The notes under the pieces were generated by a model that had not been told where the DNA came from, ran no database searches, and was given only the letters and a program-made list of their open reading frames with translations. Positions 1 through 8,327 of a stretch of 64,000 nucleotides of DNA are shown here, one piece after another. The first letter of the stretch is position 1; each line of letters starts with the position of its first letter. The translations under genes and the position numbers were made by a program. This DNA is from Nanobdellota archaeon (lineage in GTDB: Archaea; Nanobdellota; Nanobdellia; Parvarchaeales; Parvarchaeaceae), in NCBI GenBank assembly GCA_021817165.1, contig JAKAVT010000004.1, forward strand, positions 1,757 to 65,756. Reading direction: 5' to 3'.

Positions 1-1230
1 ATCCGTGCTGTTTATTCTTTCTACTTGTGCATGACTTACGTTGACAGGCATGTTAAACAGTGTAAATCCTGAAAAAGGAAGGAAAAGCGTAGCATTGGAA
101 GATATGAAGAAATTAATGGACCTGTCTTCAGCTATCCTGCTTAGTATATTGACCCTGTTCTCGTTTGCGACTATATTCTGCTCCATCTGATTTTCTACCG
201 TGTTTAATTGTGAATTTACCCTCGTTTTTATGTCATCAAACCTGTTTTCTATAGTTTGATCGCCACCGGAAAGATTGTAACCACCAAGTCTTAAGCTGGC
301 GTTTATGCTGCTGAGATTTGAAAGCAATGATTTGTTCAAATTGTCGATTATCGAAGACATGTTTGATTTAATCGCAGAAACCTCATTTTGCAGTTCTGCC
401 TTGTGTTCTTTTATACTTGATATTGTGTTGTTTGAAACGTTCGCGCTGAAGTTAAATGTTGAAAGCTTAAAGCCATTGATCATTTTAAGCCTTAAATGCT
501 GAAGTAAAACGGCCTCGTTTGAATTGTCTTTTACCGTTACCGATATCTTAGTAATGTTGCCCACCTGCTGCAGACTTGCGCTGGTTATTGTTATATTAGG
601 CCTTTCTGAGAACAACGATCTGTTAATGTTTGTAGGAACGTGCTCCTCTGAACCTACCGCTCTGTTTGTCAAGCCTGTAGAGGAAAGCGCTAAAAGCGAC
701 GGAACAAGTACGTATTCAGTAGAATTGGAAGTGTAAACCGTTACTACTGCAGGCGTAAAATCTAAAATCAAAGCTGAAGAGCCGTTTATCTTGTTAAACC
801 CTTTCGGCACGGTGACCGTTATGATGGGGCTTGGAACTCTGACTGAATATGTAGTACCGTTTATGGTTATGTTTGCCGAAGCGACTGCAAACTGTATGGA
901 CTTTATTGTGGAACTTAAAGGAAGATCTGCCGAGGCCAAAACCTTAGAACTATTCACCAAAGAAAGCAGGTTTATGCTGCCTGAGGAGTTAATGCTAACG
1001 ATTCCTGTAGAACCGTTTGAATCTGCGTATGTAACCTTGAACGAAAGATAAGATATGAATAGGCTTGTAGTGTTTGCCGGTGTTTCCGCCGGGTCCGTCA
1101 TTGCTATAGGAACCGCAGTAGTGCTTGAGCTAGTAGTCGTTTTCGGGATTATGTTTGGATAATACACAAGAACTATTGCTACCACTAAAACCACGATTAC
1201 GACAGCCATTACTGGAAACGTTTTATTCAT
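1..1230 (-). CDS. Membrane-anchored, sequon-rich extracellular protein (start in window, 3' end runs off the left edge)
   Basis: Not in the supplied ORF track. Manual translation of the minus strand from ATG 1230..1228 gives MNKTFPVMAVVIVVLVVAIVLVYYPNIIPKTTTSSSTTAVP... and stays open for all 410 codons to position 1. It has an N-terminal hydrophobic anchor, a Ser/Thr/Asn-rich ectodomain with many N-x-S/T sequons, and a coiled-coil-like distal part (KEHKAELQNEVSAIKSN). The + strand ORFs 305..1051 are antisense shadows. Confidence 0.7.
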   Translation of the reverse strand, partial: MNKTFPVMAVVIVVLVVAIVLVYYPNIIPKTTTSSSTTAVPIAMTDPAETPANTTSLFISYLSFKVTYADSNGSTGIVSINSSGSINLLSLVNSSKVLASADLPLSSTIKSIQFAVASANITINGTTYSVRVPSPIITVTVPKGFNKINGSSALILDFTPAVVTVYTSNSTEYVLVPSLLALSSTGLTNRAVGSEEHVPTNINRSLFSERPNITITSASLQQVGNITKISVTVKDNSNEAVLLQHLRLKMINGFKLSTFNFSANVSNNTISSIKEHKAELQNEVSAIKSNMSSIIDNLNKSLLSNLSSINASLRLGGYNLSGGDQTIENRFDDIKTRVNSQLNTVENQMEQNIVANENRVNILSRIAEDRSINFFISSNATLFLPFSGFTLFNMPVNVSHAQVERINSTD

Positions 1231-1283
1231 ATAACCTTGTCAACATTATCAATATATAAATATTATTGTAAGTACAATTCTGT

Positions 1284-1751
1284 ATGGATTGTGCATTCTG
1301 CAATGCTGCTGCTTTAAAGGAAGAGAGGTTCTACGAGGATGAAAATTTCATTGCAATATACAACATACGCCCGGTAGTTAAAGGTCACTGCTTAGTAATC
1401 ACAAAAAGACATGTTGAAAGCATGCTTGAATTTAATGAAAATGAAAGGAAGGATTTCATTCCATTTTCAAACAGAGCCATATTCATAGCACTGAAATATG
1501 CAAACGCGAACGACTTTGATTTTCTGCTGCAGAAGGGGGAAAATGCCGGACAGAGCATAAAGCACCTGCATTTTCACATTCTACCGAGAAAAAGAAACGA
1601 CAACCTTGCGGTAAGCAAGAAGGAATTCTTCCAGTCTTTCGCTGAAAAGGAAAACACAATGAAAACGTTGACACAAAGCGAAATGGCTAAGACTGTAAAG
1701 GAGTTAAAGGAGATAGCAGAAAAGCACAAATTACAGATAAATGAACTTTGA
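1284..1751 (+). CDS. HIT-family (histidine triad) nucleotide hydrolase/transferase
   Basis: 155 aa. Canonical histidine-triad motif HLHFHILPR and a C-x2-C at the N-terminus (MDCAFCN). Typical HIT core followed by a charged C-terminal tail. Confidence 0.85.
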   Translation: MDCAFCNAAALKEERFYEDENFIAIYNIRPVVKGHCLVITKRHVESMLEFNENERKDFIPFSNRAIFIALKYANANDFDFLLQKGENAGQSIKHLHFHILPRKRNDNLAVSKKEFFQSFAEKENTMKTLTQSEMAKTVKELKEIAEKHKLQINEL

Positions 1752-1820
1752 TGATTGTGATTCCGCTTAAAGCTGTAAAGTTATAAATAAAAAACACATA
1801 ACCAATAAGATGAGCAAGGC

Positions 1821-2825
1821 ATGATGAAAAATTACGTTATAATCCCTACATACAAGGAAGCTGAAAACCTAAAGGAGCTGCTGCCCCTTCTTACAAGATA
1901 TAATGTCATAATAGTGGATGACAATTCCCTTGACGGGACTGAAAAGATTTGCAGAAAATATGGAAACGTAAAACTTATAGTGAGAAAAGACAAAAGAGGG
2001 CTTGCGTCCGCGGTGATGGATGGTGTTAAGTCGATAAAGGCAAAAGACGCAAATGTGGTGGTAGCAGACGCCGATTTTGAACATGATTACGGCAGGATAA
2101 AGGACGTTTTCAATCTTCTTGACAAAAACGACTTTGTGGAATGCATAAAAAAGGGGAAAAGACTTTGGAACAGGGGTGTTATATCCACTGCAGCGAAGAG
2201 GTTTCTTTACGCGCTTGTACCAGAAAGCATGTGGCTTAAAGACCCCCTGTCAGGTTTCTTCGGCTTCCGCACGAAAAGCGTTAACCTTGATAAAATAAAG
2301 CCAGTAGGCTACAAGATAATGCTTGAGGTGTTCATGAACTTGAAGAAAGGCAGCGCAAAGACGCACTTGGAATACGATTATGGGTACAGAAAGCATGGAA
2401 AATCAAAGCTGAAATTCAAGGTAATAACGGAGTTTATAGGACAGGTGCTTCGCTTGAACAACTATAGGGTTTTGGTGTTTTTAGCCATAGGGGTTTTTGG
2501 CATATTCCTTAATGAATTCTTACTGTATGCCTTTTACTTAAGGTTCCCTCTTTTCTTTTCACTTGTCTATGCCATAGTGATATCTACGCTTGCAAATTTC
2601 CTAATGAACCACTACATAACATTCAGGAATAGGAGTAATTTCATCCCTTCCATCATAAAGTTTTCTGTCGTAACATTCTTTGCCGGGCTCATAAATCTTG
2701 GGGTAGCCTTTTACCTCTCCTATGTAATTATGTATTTGATAGCAAATTTCATTGGGATAGTGCTCTCTTTCATCTTCAAATACCTCCTATCAGAAAATTT
2801 CATATGGAGCATGCCTAAAAAGTGA
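1821..2825 (+). CDS. GT2 polyprenyl-phosphate sugar synthase (Dpm1/AglD-like) fused to a GtrA-like membrane domain
   Basis: N-terminal GT-A signature (IIPTYKEAENL...IIVDDNSLDGT) and an acidic DAD motif (VVADADFEH). The C-terminal ~120 aa carry four hydrophobic helices, as in GtrA-type domains. Confidence 0.75.
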   Translation: MMKNYVIIPTYKEAENLKELLPLLTRYNVIIVDDNSLDGTEKICRKYGNVKLIVRKDKRGLASAVMDGVKSIKAKDANVVVADADFEHDYGRIKDVFNLLDKNDFVECIKKGKRLWNRGVISTAAKRFLYALVPESMWLKDPLSGFFGFRTKSVNLDKIKPVGYKIMLEVFMNLKKGSAKTHLEYDYGYRKHGKSKLKFKVITEFIGQVLRLNNYRVLVFLAIGVFGIFLNEFLLYAFYLRFPLFFSLVYAIVISTLANFLMNHYITFRNRSNFIPSIIKFSVVTFFAGLINLGVAFYLSYVIMYLIANFIGIVLSFIFKYLLSENFIWSMPKK

Positions 2826-2836
2826 ATATCCGCAAC

Positions 2837-3058
2837 TTAATTTTCTTGCAGCTTCCAAACGACATAGAACACGAATGAAAGTGCAAACGAGATTATCCCC
2901 AAAAGATCCGCTCTTATTGGAACGTAAGCCGAGAAATCAGTGCTGTATACTACAGAGGGATAAACGAGATTTTCAACCGCAATATAGCCCCACAACAGAG
3001 TAAAGTATATCCATAAAGCCTTTAGTATTACCGTCGATTTTTTGCCTTTGTTTTTCAT
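2837..3058 (-). CDS. Small two-TM membrane protein
   Basis: 73 aa with a basic N-terminus (MKNKGKKS) and two hydrophobic helices. Co-directional with and directly downstream of the GT-C-like gene. Confidence 0.45.
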   Translation of the reverse strand: MKNKGKKSTVILKALWIYFTLLWGYIAVENLVYPSVVYSTDFSAYVPIRADLLGIISFALSFVFYVVWKLQEN

Positions 3059-3088
3059 ATCCTTATTATAAACTTTTCATAAATAACT

Positions 3089-4609
3089 TTATCTGAAAAC
3101 ACTGTGAAATGCATTGTTCAACTCAATGCAGCCGTTATAACCCAATGCAGATTCTGGATTTATGCCGAAGAGCCAGTAGCATGCGTTGTTTGGTATTTTT
3201 TCCTCATTAATGACGTAGTACGCCCTTGACTCGTTCAACGAAGGGTAATATGCGCATTTGCTGTACCCATACAAGTAGATGTGTCCCTCGCTTTTCAGAA
3301 GTGGCAACATAGTGTTTATGCTGCCGAAATCAAGTATGGCTCCGCTGTAATTTGCGTACGAGGAAGGCGGCGGAACGGCATTCAAACCAAGATAATCTAG
3401 ATAGACCCATTCATTTGAAGATACCGTGCAGCTGCTTGCATTGTATACGGAAGTGAAAAGCGACACTGCAGACCGTGCATAGGAAATATGTAAGGCGGAT
3501 GAAATGCTGGAGTAAAGCAGCAGGATCGCTATCAAAAAAGACACTGCGAAGAAAACGTAAACAAATTTCATCTGCTTGTCCTTAAAGAACGAAAAAGCCA
3601 GTATGTACGTAAAAATAGACAATGGTAGCATGAACCTAAATATTGACAGCCCGGTTATAGCAAGCATGTTCGCTACGGAAAAATACGCCAAAAACGAAAG
3701 GAGGCATGCTGCGGTTATGATTGAATATTCCATCTTGTGTTTTCTTATTCTTTCGATGAAGTGTTTTCTGTCATAAACAAAAAAGAAAACCAACAAAGCG
3801 CCTGGTAACAATATCTCTACAAAGCCTATCAAGGGAATGTTCATTATGTGGCCGATTGAAAGCCCCAGGCTAACATATGCGGAAAATATGTGAAAGTACA
3901 GATAGGATAGGCCCAGTGAATAAAGGAAATTGCCGTATGCGAGAAAATTATAGATGAAATAAGGTATCAATGCCAGCACTGCAAATACTAAGGACACAAT
4001 GAGCTTTAAAACGCTCCTAACGTTCCTGTTCCATAAAAAGAAGAGCAGCAATGGCGAGAAAAGCAGCGCATACGACTTTGAGACAAAAGCCAGTGACAGG
4101 AAAATGCCTGCCAATATCGGTTTGTCTTTCAATATTGCCACAATATATATTATAAGAAATGACACTACCAACAAATCAGAGCCGTTCTTTATGCCATAGA
4201 AAAAAACGAACGGGGAAAGCAAAAACAGAAACAAAAAAGGAAAATCAAGTTTCAACGTCTTTGAAAGGCAGTATACTGAAATGAAGAAGACTGCAGAAAC
4301 AAAGAATATGAACATATAGACTGCGTACGGCTGCGATATGAATGAGAACATGCCTATTACAAAGCTTTCTAGTATTGCTCTCATGGGCTCATAATAATAG
4401 CCGTTGAAGAACATGTGCCTTGCATTCAATATCCTTACCAGCATGTCCCAGTTCTTTATGTAATTAAAAACCAAGGCTGAGAAGATGAAAAGCGACAGAA
4501 AGGAAAGAACCTCTATTATAATGTATTTTCTTGAAAGAAACGTTTTAGCCAATTTATGGCTAATTGCATTTGATTTCTCTTTATTCTTCATAACAAATCG
4601 TTTAACCAC
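3089..4609 (-). CDS. Polytopic GT-C-like (ArnT/PMT_2-type) membrane glycosyltransferase candidate
   Basis: 506 aa. About 10 or more hydrophobic helices over the first ~370 aa, then a ~130 aa Cys-containing soluble C-terminal domain. Overlaps the upstream gene by 8 nt. The call rests on architecture only; no WWDYG-type AglB motif was seen. Confidence 0.5.
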   Translation of the reverse strand: MVKRFVMKNKEKSNAISHKLAKTFLSRKYIIIEVLSFLSLFIFSALVFNYIKNWDMLVRILNARHMFFNGYYYEPMRAILESFVIGMFSFISQPYAVYMFIFFVSAVFFISVYCLSKTLKLDFPFLFLFLLSPFVFFYGIKNGSDLLVVSFLIIYIVAILKDKPILAGIFLSLAFVSKSYALLFSPLLLFFLWNRNVRSVLKLIVSLVFAVLALIPYFIYNFLAYGNFLYSLGLSYLYFHIFSAYVSLGLSIGHIMNIPLIGFVEILLPGALLVFFFVYDRKHFIERIRKHKMEYSIITAACLLSFLAYFSVANMLAITGLSIFRFMLPLSIFTYILAFSFFKDKQMKFVYVFFAVSFLIAILLLYSSISSALHISYARSAVSLFTSVYNASSCTVSSNEWVYLDYLGLNAVPPPSSYANYSGAILDFGSINTMLPLLKSEGHIYLYGYSKCAYYPSLNESRAYYVINEEKIPNNACYWLFGINPESALGYNGCIELNNAFHSVFR

Positions 4610-5273
4610 TGAAGTTCAGGCACTTTCCATACTTGCATATCAAGCTTTCTATCTGCGAAGTGTTAACAAAGCCATCCTGAACGTATTTATCGTTGATTAT
4701 CAATGCCGGCAATAAAGCACTGCTTATATTGTAAGATTTCAATAGTATGCTCACAATGGAAAGGTTTAGGTTGCCGTTGATTGCGCTTACGACCAGAGAA
4801 TCGTTCTTATACGCCAGAAAGGAAAGCTCATCTCCTTCCACTATGCTTTGAGTCCCTCCCACTCCAGGATAGACGAACATAATGGTTACAAGGTCATTGC
4901 CGCACATCGAATTTATCTTGTTTGCAAGAAGCCAGTATTCTACCCTTACATAGGTGTACTGATCATTAAGCTGCTGATAATTCACTTCGGAATTTGCCAA
5001 GCTGGAACTCGTAAGCTGTTTGCCAAGATTCTGCATCTCATTCGCTATGTTGTAAAGGTTTTGAGTGAGTATGCCACAGGAAAAACTGCTGTTTGTAGTT
5101 GTTAAAAGCGTGGCGAGCTCCAATTCATTCACGCTCTGCTCATAGTTCTGCAGGTTATTGCTCAAATATGATATTTTACTTGAGTCGTAAAAGTAGCCTA
5201 TTATAAGTACAACCGCCACTATCGCAAGCGCTATGGCTATTGACAAAGTCAATCGCTTATATTTGGAAGCCAT
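4602..5273 (-). CDS. N-terminally anchored extracytoplasmic protein
   Basis: 223 aa with a single N-terminal TM (LTLSIAIALAIVAVVLIIGYF) and an ectodomain with several N-x-S/T sequons and six Cys. Overlaps both flanking genes (25 nt and 8 nt). Confidence 0.6.
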   Translation of the reverse strand: MASKYKRLTLSIAIALAIVAVVLIIGYFYDSSKISYLSNNLQNYEQSVNELELATLLTTTNSSFSCGILTQNLYNIANEMQNLGKQLTSSSLANSEVNYQQLNDQYTYVRVEYWLLANKINSMCGNDLVTIMFVYPGVGGTQSIVEGDELSFLAYKNDSLVVSAINGNLNLSIVSILLKSYNISSALLPALIINDKYVQDGFVNTSQIESLICKYGKCLNFSG

Positions 5274-6511
5274 ATCAATTTACCCGTTCTAAACTTTCCT
5301 AATGCAGAGAGACTATATAACCATACGAAAGAGAGAAAAAACGAATAAAAGGTCATGTAGCCCAGTATGCCAAAGAAATCCTCCACTACCTTAAACTTGT
5401 GATCTATGGTCTTTAAAGAGTAAAGCAATGAGAAGATTCCGACTGCAGCGCCAGCGATTTCCAGAAAGATCCTTGAATCCAGCGATAAGAAAGATATCTG
5501 CGGAAGAAAATAACTTGTAAAAAATGAAAGGCTGGTGTTTGAAAGTACGCCGTAAGCGGGAAGCAAAAAGACAACTACGGTGTACGTTATGCCTATTATC
5601 ATGAAAAAGCTAAGAAATATGGAAACAAGCATGAAAGGCAGGGCTATTTTCCAAACGTCGTTTCTCTTTGAATCCAACGCCGTCTTTCTGTATTTCAGAA
5701 TATTAAAGAAGAAACCGGATGACCACCTTACCCTCTGCCTCAAAAGCTTTCCCAATGTTGGGGGTGCAATCGTATAAGATACGGCTTTGACCGAGCTTTC
5801 GACTTTATATCCGCTGGTCAATATCCTCATCCCTATCTCCATGTCCTCGGAATAGTTATTGTCGTCAAAGTAACCTATCTTTTTAAGTATCTGCGTGTCA
5901 AACATAGAACCTGCTCCGTGTATTATCACCAAGCCGCCGATCTTGCTCAAAGCCTTCCTTGCAAGTATGGACAAAAGATATTCATAGTACTGTAGGTACT
6001 CCACTATTCTTCTGGGTTTGTAAACCTTAACCGAGGAAACGACTGCAGCCACTTTCTTGTTTTTGAAGTGATATACCAGCCTTGTCATCAAATCCCTTTC
6101 TATAAAGGTATCTGCATCAAGAACAAGAAGAAACCTTTCGCTTATGTAGTTTTTAATCGCATAGTTCATGACCCTCGCCTTGCCGTCAAACGGGGCTTTT
6201 ATGACCCTTACCCCCTTTACAAATGCGGCCTTTACCGTTTCTTCTGTGGATGACTTGTTCAATACTACGTATATTTTGTAATTCGGATAGATTGTATGCT
6301 TGACGTTTTCTATGGTTTCCCTAAGCCTTTTTCCCTCGAATATCGCGGGTATAAGGACGGCTACGCTCGGGTATTCTTTCAACTCTACCTCTCTCTTTTC
6401 CTCCCCCTTGATTTCATGGTTTATGTCAAAGAAATATAGGATCCAGAAAATAGACAGTGACAAGACAACGAACACTATTGACGCCGTAAATAAATCACTT
6501 AAAGATAGCAT
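5249..6511 (-). CDS. Processive family-2 glycosyltransferase (PgaC/NodC/cellulose-synthase-like)
   Basis: 420 aa. Motifs GKARVMNYA, LDADT, SEDMEIG and QRVRW, i.e. the D,D,D,QxxRW signature. One N-terminal and several C-terminal TM helices. Confidence 0.8.
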   Translation of the reverse strand: MLSLSDLFTASIVFVVLSLSIFWILYFFDINHEIKGEEKREVELKEYPSVAVLIPAIFEGKRLRETIENVKHTIYPNYKIYVVLNKSSTEETVKAAFVKGVRVIKAPFDGKARVMNYAIKNYISERFLLVLDADTFIERDLMTRLVYHFKNKKVAAVVSSVKVYKPRRIVEYLQYYEYLLSILARKALSKIGGLVIIHGAGSMFDTQILKKIGYFDDNNYSEDMEIGMRILTSGYKVESSVKAVSYTIAPPTLGKLLRQRVRWSSGFFFNILKYRKTALDSKRNDVWKIALPFMLVSIFLSFFMIIGITYTVVVFLLPAYGVLSNTSLSFFTSYFLPQISFLSLDSRIFLEIAGAAVGIFSLLYSLKTIDHKFKVVEDFFGILGYMTFYSFFLSFVWLYSLSALGKFRTGKLIWLPNISD

Positions 6512-6569
6512 ATTTTATTATTAATTATTCTGCTATTTAATAATGTTTGCATCGCACCGGCTGCCTGGC

Positions 6570-7790
6570 TTAAGCCTCTCCATCCCTGTATACTTTCTCG
6601 ACGCCGAAAAGCTTCATCAAAAGTACAGTAGCGTAGGATCCTTTTTTTAAGTCGAAGCTTATTTCCGTTTTTTCTCCTATTTTAGCAATCTTGAAGTTTT
6701 CCGGAATGAAAAAAGAGGGATGATAAAAAGACTTTAAGCTTGCTTCCGGCATGCTGCTTATGTTGAAAACCGCCAAGTCTTCTATGCCTTCCTGTTTTAA
6801 TAGTTCTTTTATTGCTTTTCCTACTTCATCATCATTCAAACGCATGTCATAGCCTACTGCAGGTATGCTGCTTTCCAATTCATTGACTTTTCTGCCTGAA
6901 AGCAACGCGCTTAACGTCCTATTGAAAATGTAATACTGGTATGCCTGAAGGACAAGCAAGCGTATGTATTTCGGCATCATTCTAATCGCTCCGATATAAT
7001 CGTTTTTATGCTGCAGCAGGTACTGCAGCGAATCCCTTTCAAAATACATGAAACCCGGCAGATGAGAAAGAACCTCCTTTGCTTTTTCAGTGTCTATCTC
7101 CGTTCCTTCTAGATACGGTGAAAAAATGTCTCTTAATTCGGCTCTTTTCTGCTGATTCAACTGCGATTCGGCCCTTTCCTCAAGTACCAAGCCGTAAAAA
7201 GCAGCTTTGAAGTCTCTTTTTATAATGTTCCTTGATACGTCAATGTTTAAGGATGAAGCGCCGAATCTCTGCGGACCATAGAAATTCGGTATCCCTTTTG
7301 ATATTTCCTCCGTTATCCGCTGCATCTCCTGATCCTGTATTTCCAAGTCCTTTACGATTACAGTAAAATGGTTTCCATAAAGGTTTCCTATCTTGCAGGA
7401 TTCATCGCTGTATGCAATGTCTCTGCAGTATAATCTTTCGCTTTCTAGCTTCAATTTTCCCGCATCCAACTTGAATATGCTCATTCTTTGTGAAGTCAAT
7501 GCCCTTTTATCCTTATTTCCGTTGTAAGCGATCCTTTTGAAACTCACGTGAAGCGTTCGTGCTATTAACTTGATGGCTTCTGGCGTAGAAATTCCTCTTT
7601 TTACCAGTGTAAACGCAAGGTAGTCTTTCTTTTCCCCGCTCATTTCCTTCTGTTCTTCCCTTTCTAAGCTTAATACTCTGCCGTCTTCCTCTATTTCCTG
7701 TACCTTGAAGTCCTCTTCCCTTTCAAACAATTTCCCTTTTAGATTATAGCTTTGAAAACCCAATATGCCTATCTGTTCTAATGAAACCAT
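6570..7790 (-). CDS. truD: tRNA pseudouridine synthase TruD/Pus7
   Basis: 406 aa. TruD hallmarks NGNKDKRALT (catalytic Asp loop) and NFYGPQRFG. Confidence 0.88.
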   Translation of the reverse strand: MVSLEQIGILGFQSYNLKGKLFEREEDFKVQEIEEDGRVLSLEREEQKEMSGEKKDYLAFTLVKRGISTPEAIKLIARTLHVSFKRIAYNGNKDKRALTSQRMSIFKLDAGKLKLESERLYCRDIAYSDESCKIGNLYGNHFTVIVKDLEIQDQEMQRITEEISKGIPNFYGPQRFGASSLNIDVSRNIIKRDFKAAFYGLVLEERAESQLNQQKRAELRDIFSPYLEGTEIDTEKAKEVLSHLPGFMYFERDSLQYLLQHKNDYIGAIRMMPKYIRLLVLQAYQYYIFNRTLSALLSGRKVNELESSIPAVGYDMRLNDDEVGKAIKELLKQEGIEDLAVFNISSMPEASLKSFYHPSFFIPENFKIAKIGEKTEISFDLKKGSYATVLLMKLFGVEKVYRDGEA

Positions 7791-7797
7791 CTTTTTT

Positions 7798-8211
7798 TCA
7801 ACTCAGTGACACTTTAAAGCACATCCCGGTTGCTATTACCTGATTTGGCTTAAAAACATCACAAAGAAAGCTTACCGTATTAGAGGACTGCGGACCACTA
7901 TATTGACATGACGAGGAATAATAGCAGTAGATGACCGACCCGCAACCTATCTTCGCCTTGCTTGAATTAATAAATGAATAGTTCTGCGTGCATGCCGTTG
8001 AATTGGCTGATATTTCACTGGTCAATTGCTGACCATATGCCGCTGCCTCTGCATTTAGTTTTGCTATGTCTTTTTGCTGTGAAACGTGATTTATAGAAAC
8101 CGCTATAAAATACACCAAAACGGCTATCACTATAAAGAAAGCCATTGCAGCTATAAACTGTTTGTTTATCTTCTTTTTCTCCTTTTCCTCTTTTTTTATT
8201 ATCAATTTCAT
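7798..8211 (-). CDS. Small anchored Cys-rich extracellular protein
   Basis: 137 aa. Lys-rich N-terminus, one TM (FIAAMAFFIVIAVLVYFIAV), and an ectodomain with 8 Cys and sequons. Confidence 0.55.
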   Translation of the reverse strand: MKLIIKKEEKEKKKINKQFIAAMAFFIVIAVLVYFIAVSINHVSQQKDIAKLNAEAAAYGQQLTSEISANSTACTQNYSFINSSKAKIGCGSVIYCYYSSSCQYSGPQSSNTVSFLCDVFKPNQVIATGMCFKVSLS

Positions 8212-8254
8212 GGATACCGATACAAGTAATAAGAAAACAAGAATTTATAAAGCT

Positions 8255-8297
8255 ATAAAATAAAAAAACAAAAAAATAGAAGGGAAAACCCCTTCTA
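8255..8297 (-). terminator. Hairpin plus oligo-U terminator downstream of the S-layer-like gene
   Basis: On the minus strand, about 30 nt after the stop at 8328, there is an 8-bp perfect stem (TAGAAGGG/CCCTTCTA, 8277..8284 and 8290..8297) with a 5-nt loop. It is followed immediately by a T-rich run (plus-strand A-run about 8255..8276). Confidence 0.5.
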
Positions 8298-8327
8298 CTT
8301 ATTTCTTAATGTAAGGTTTTTAGCTGT

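Noticed and set aside
305-1051. Three short + strand ORFs at the left edge (305..502, 524..736, 791..1051)
   Set aside because: They are antisense to a 410-codon open frame on the minus strand (1..1230) that has a convincing TM anchor and ectodomain.
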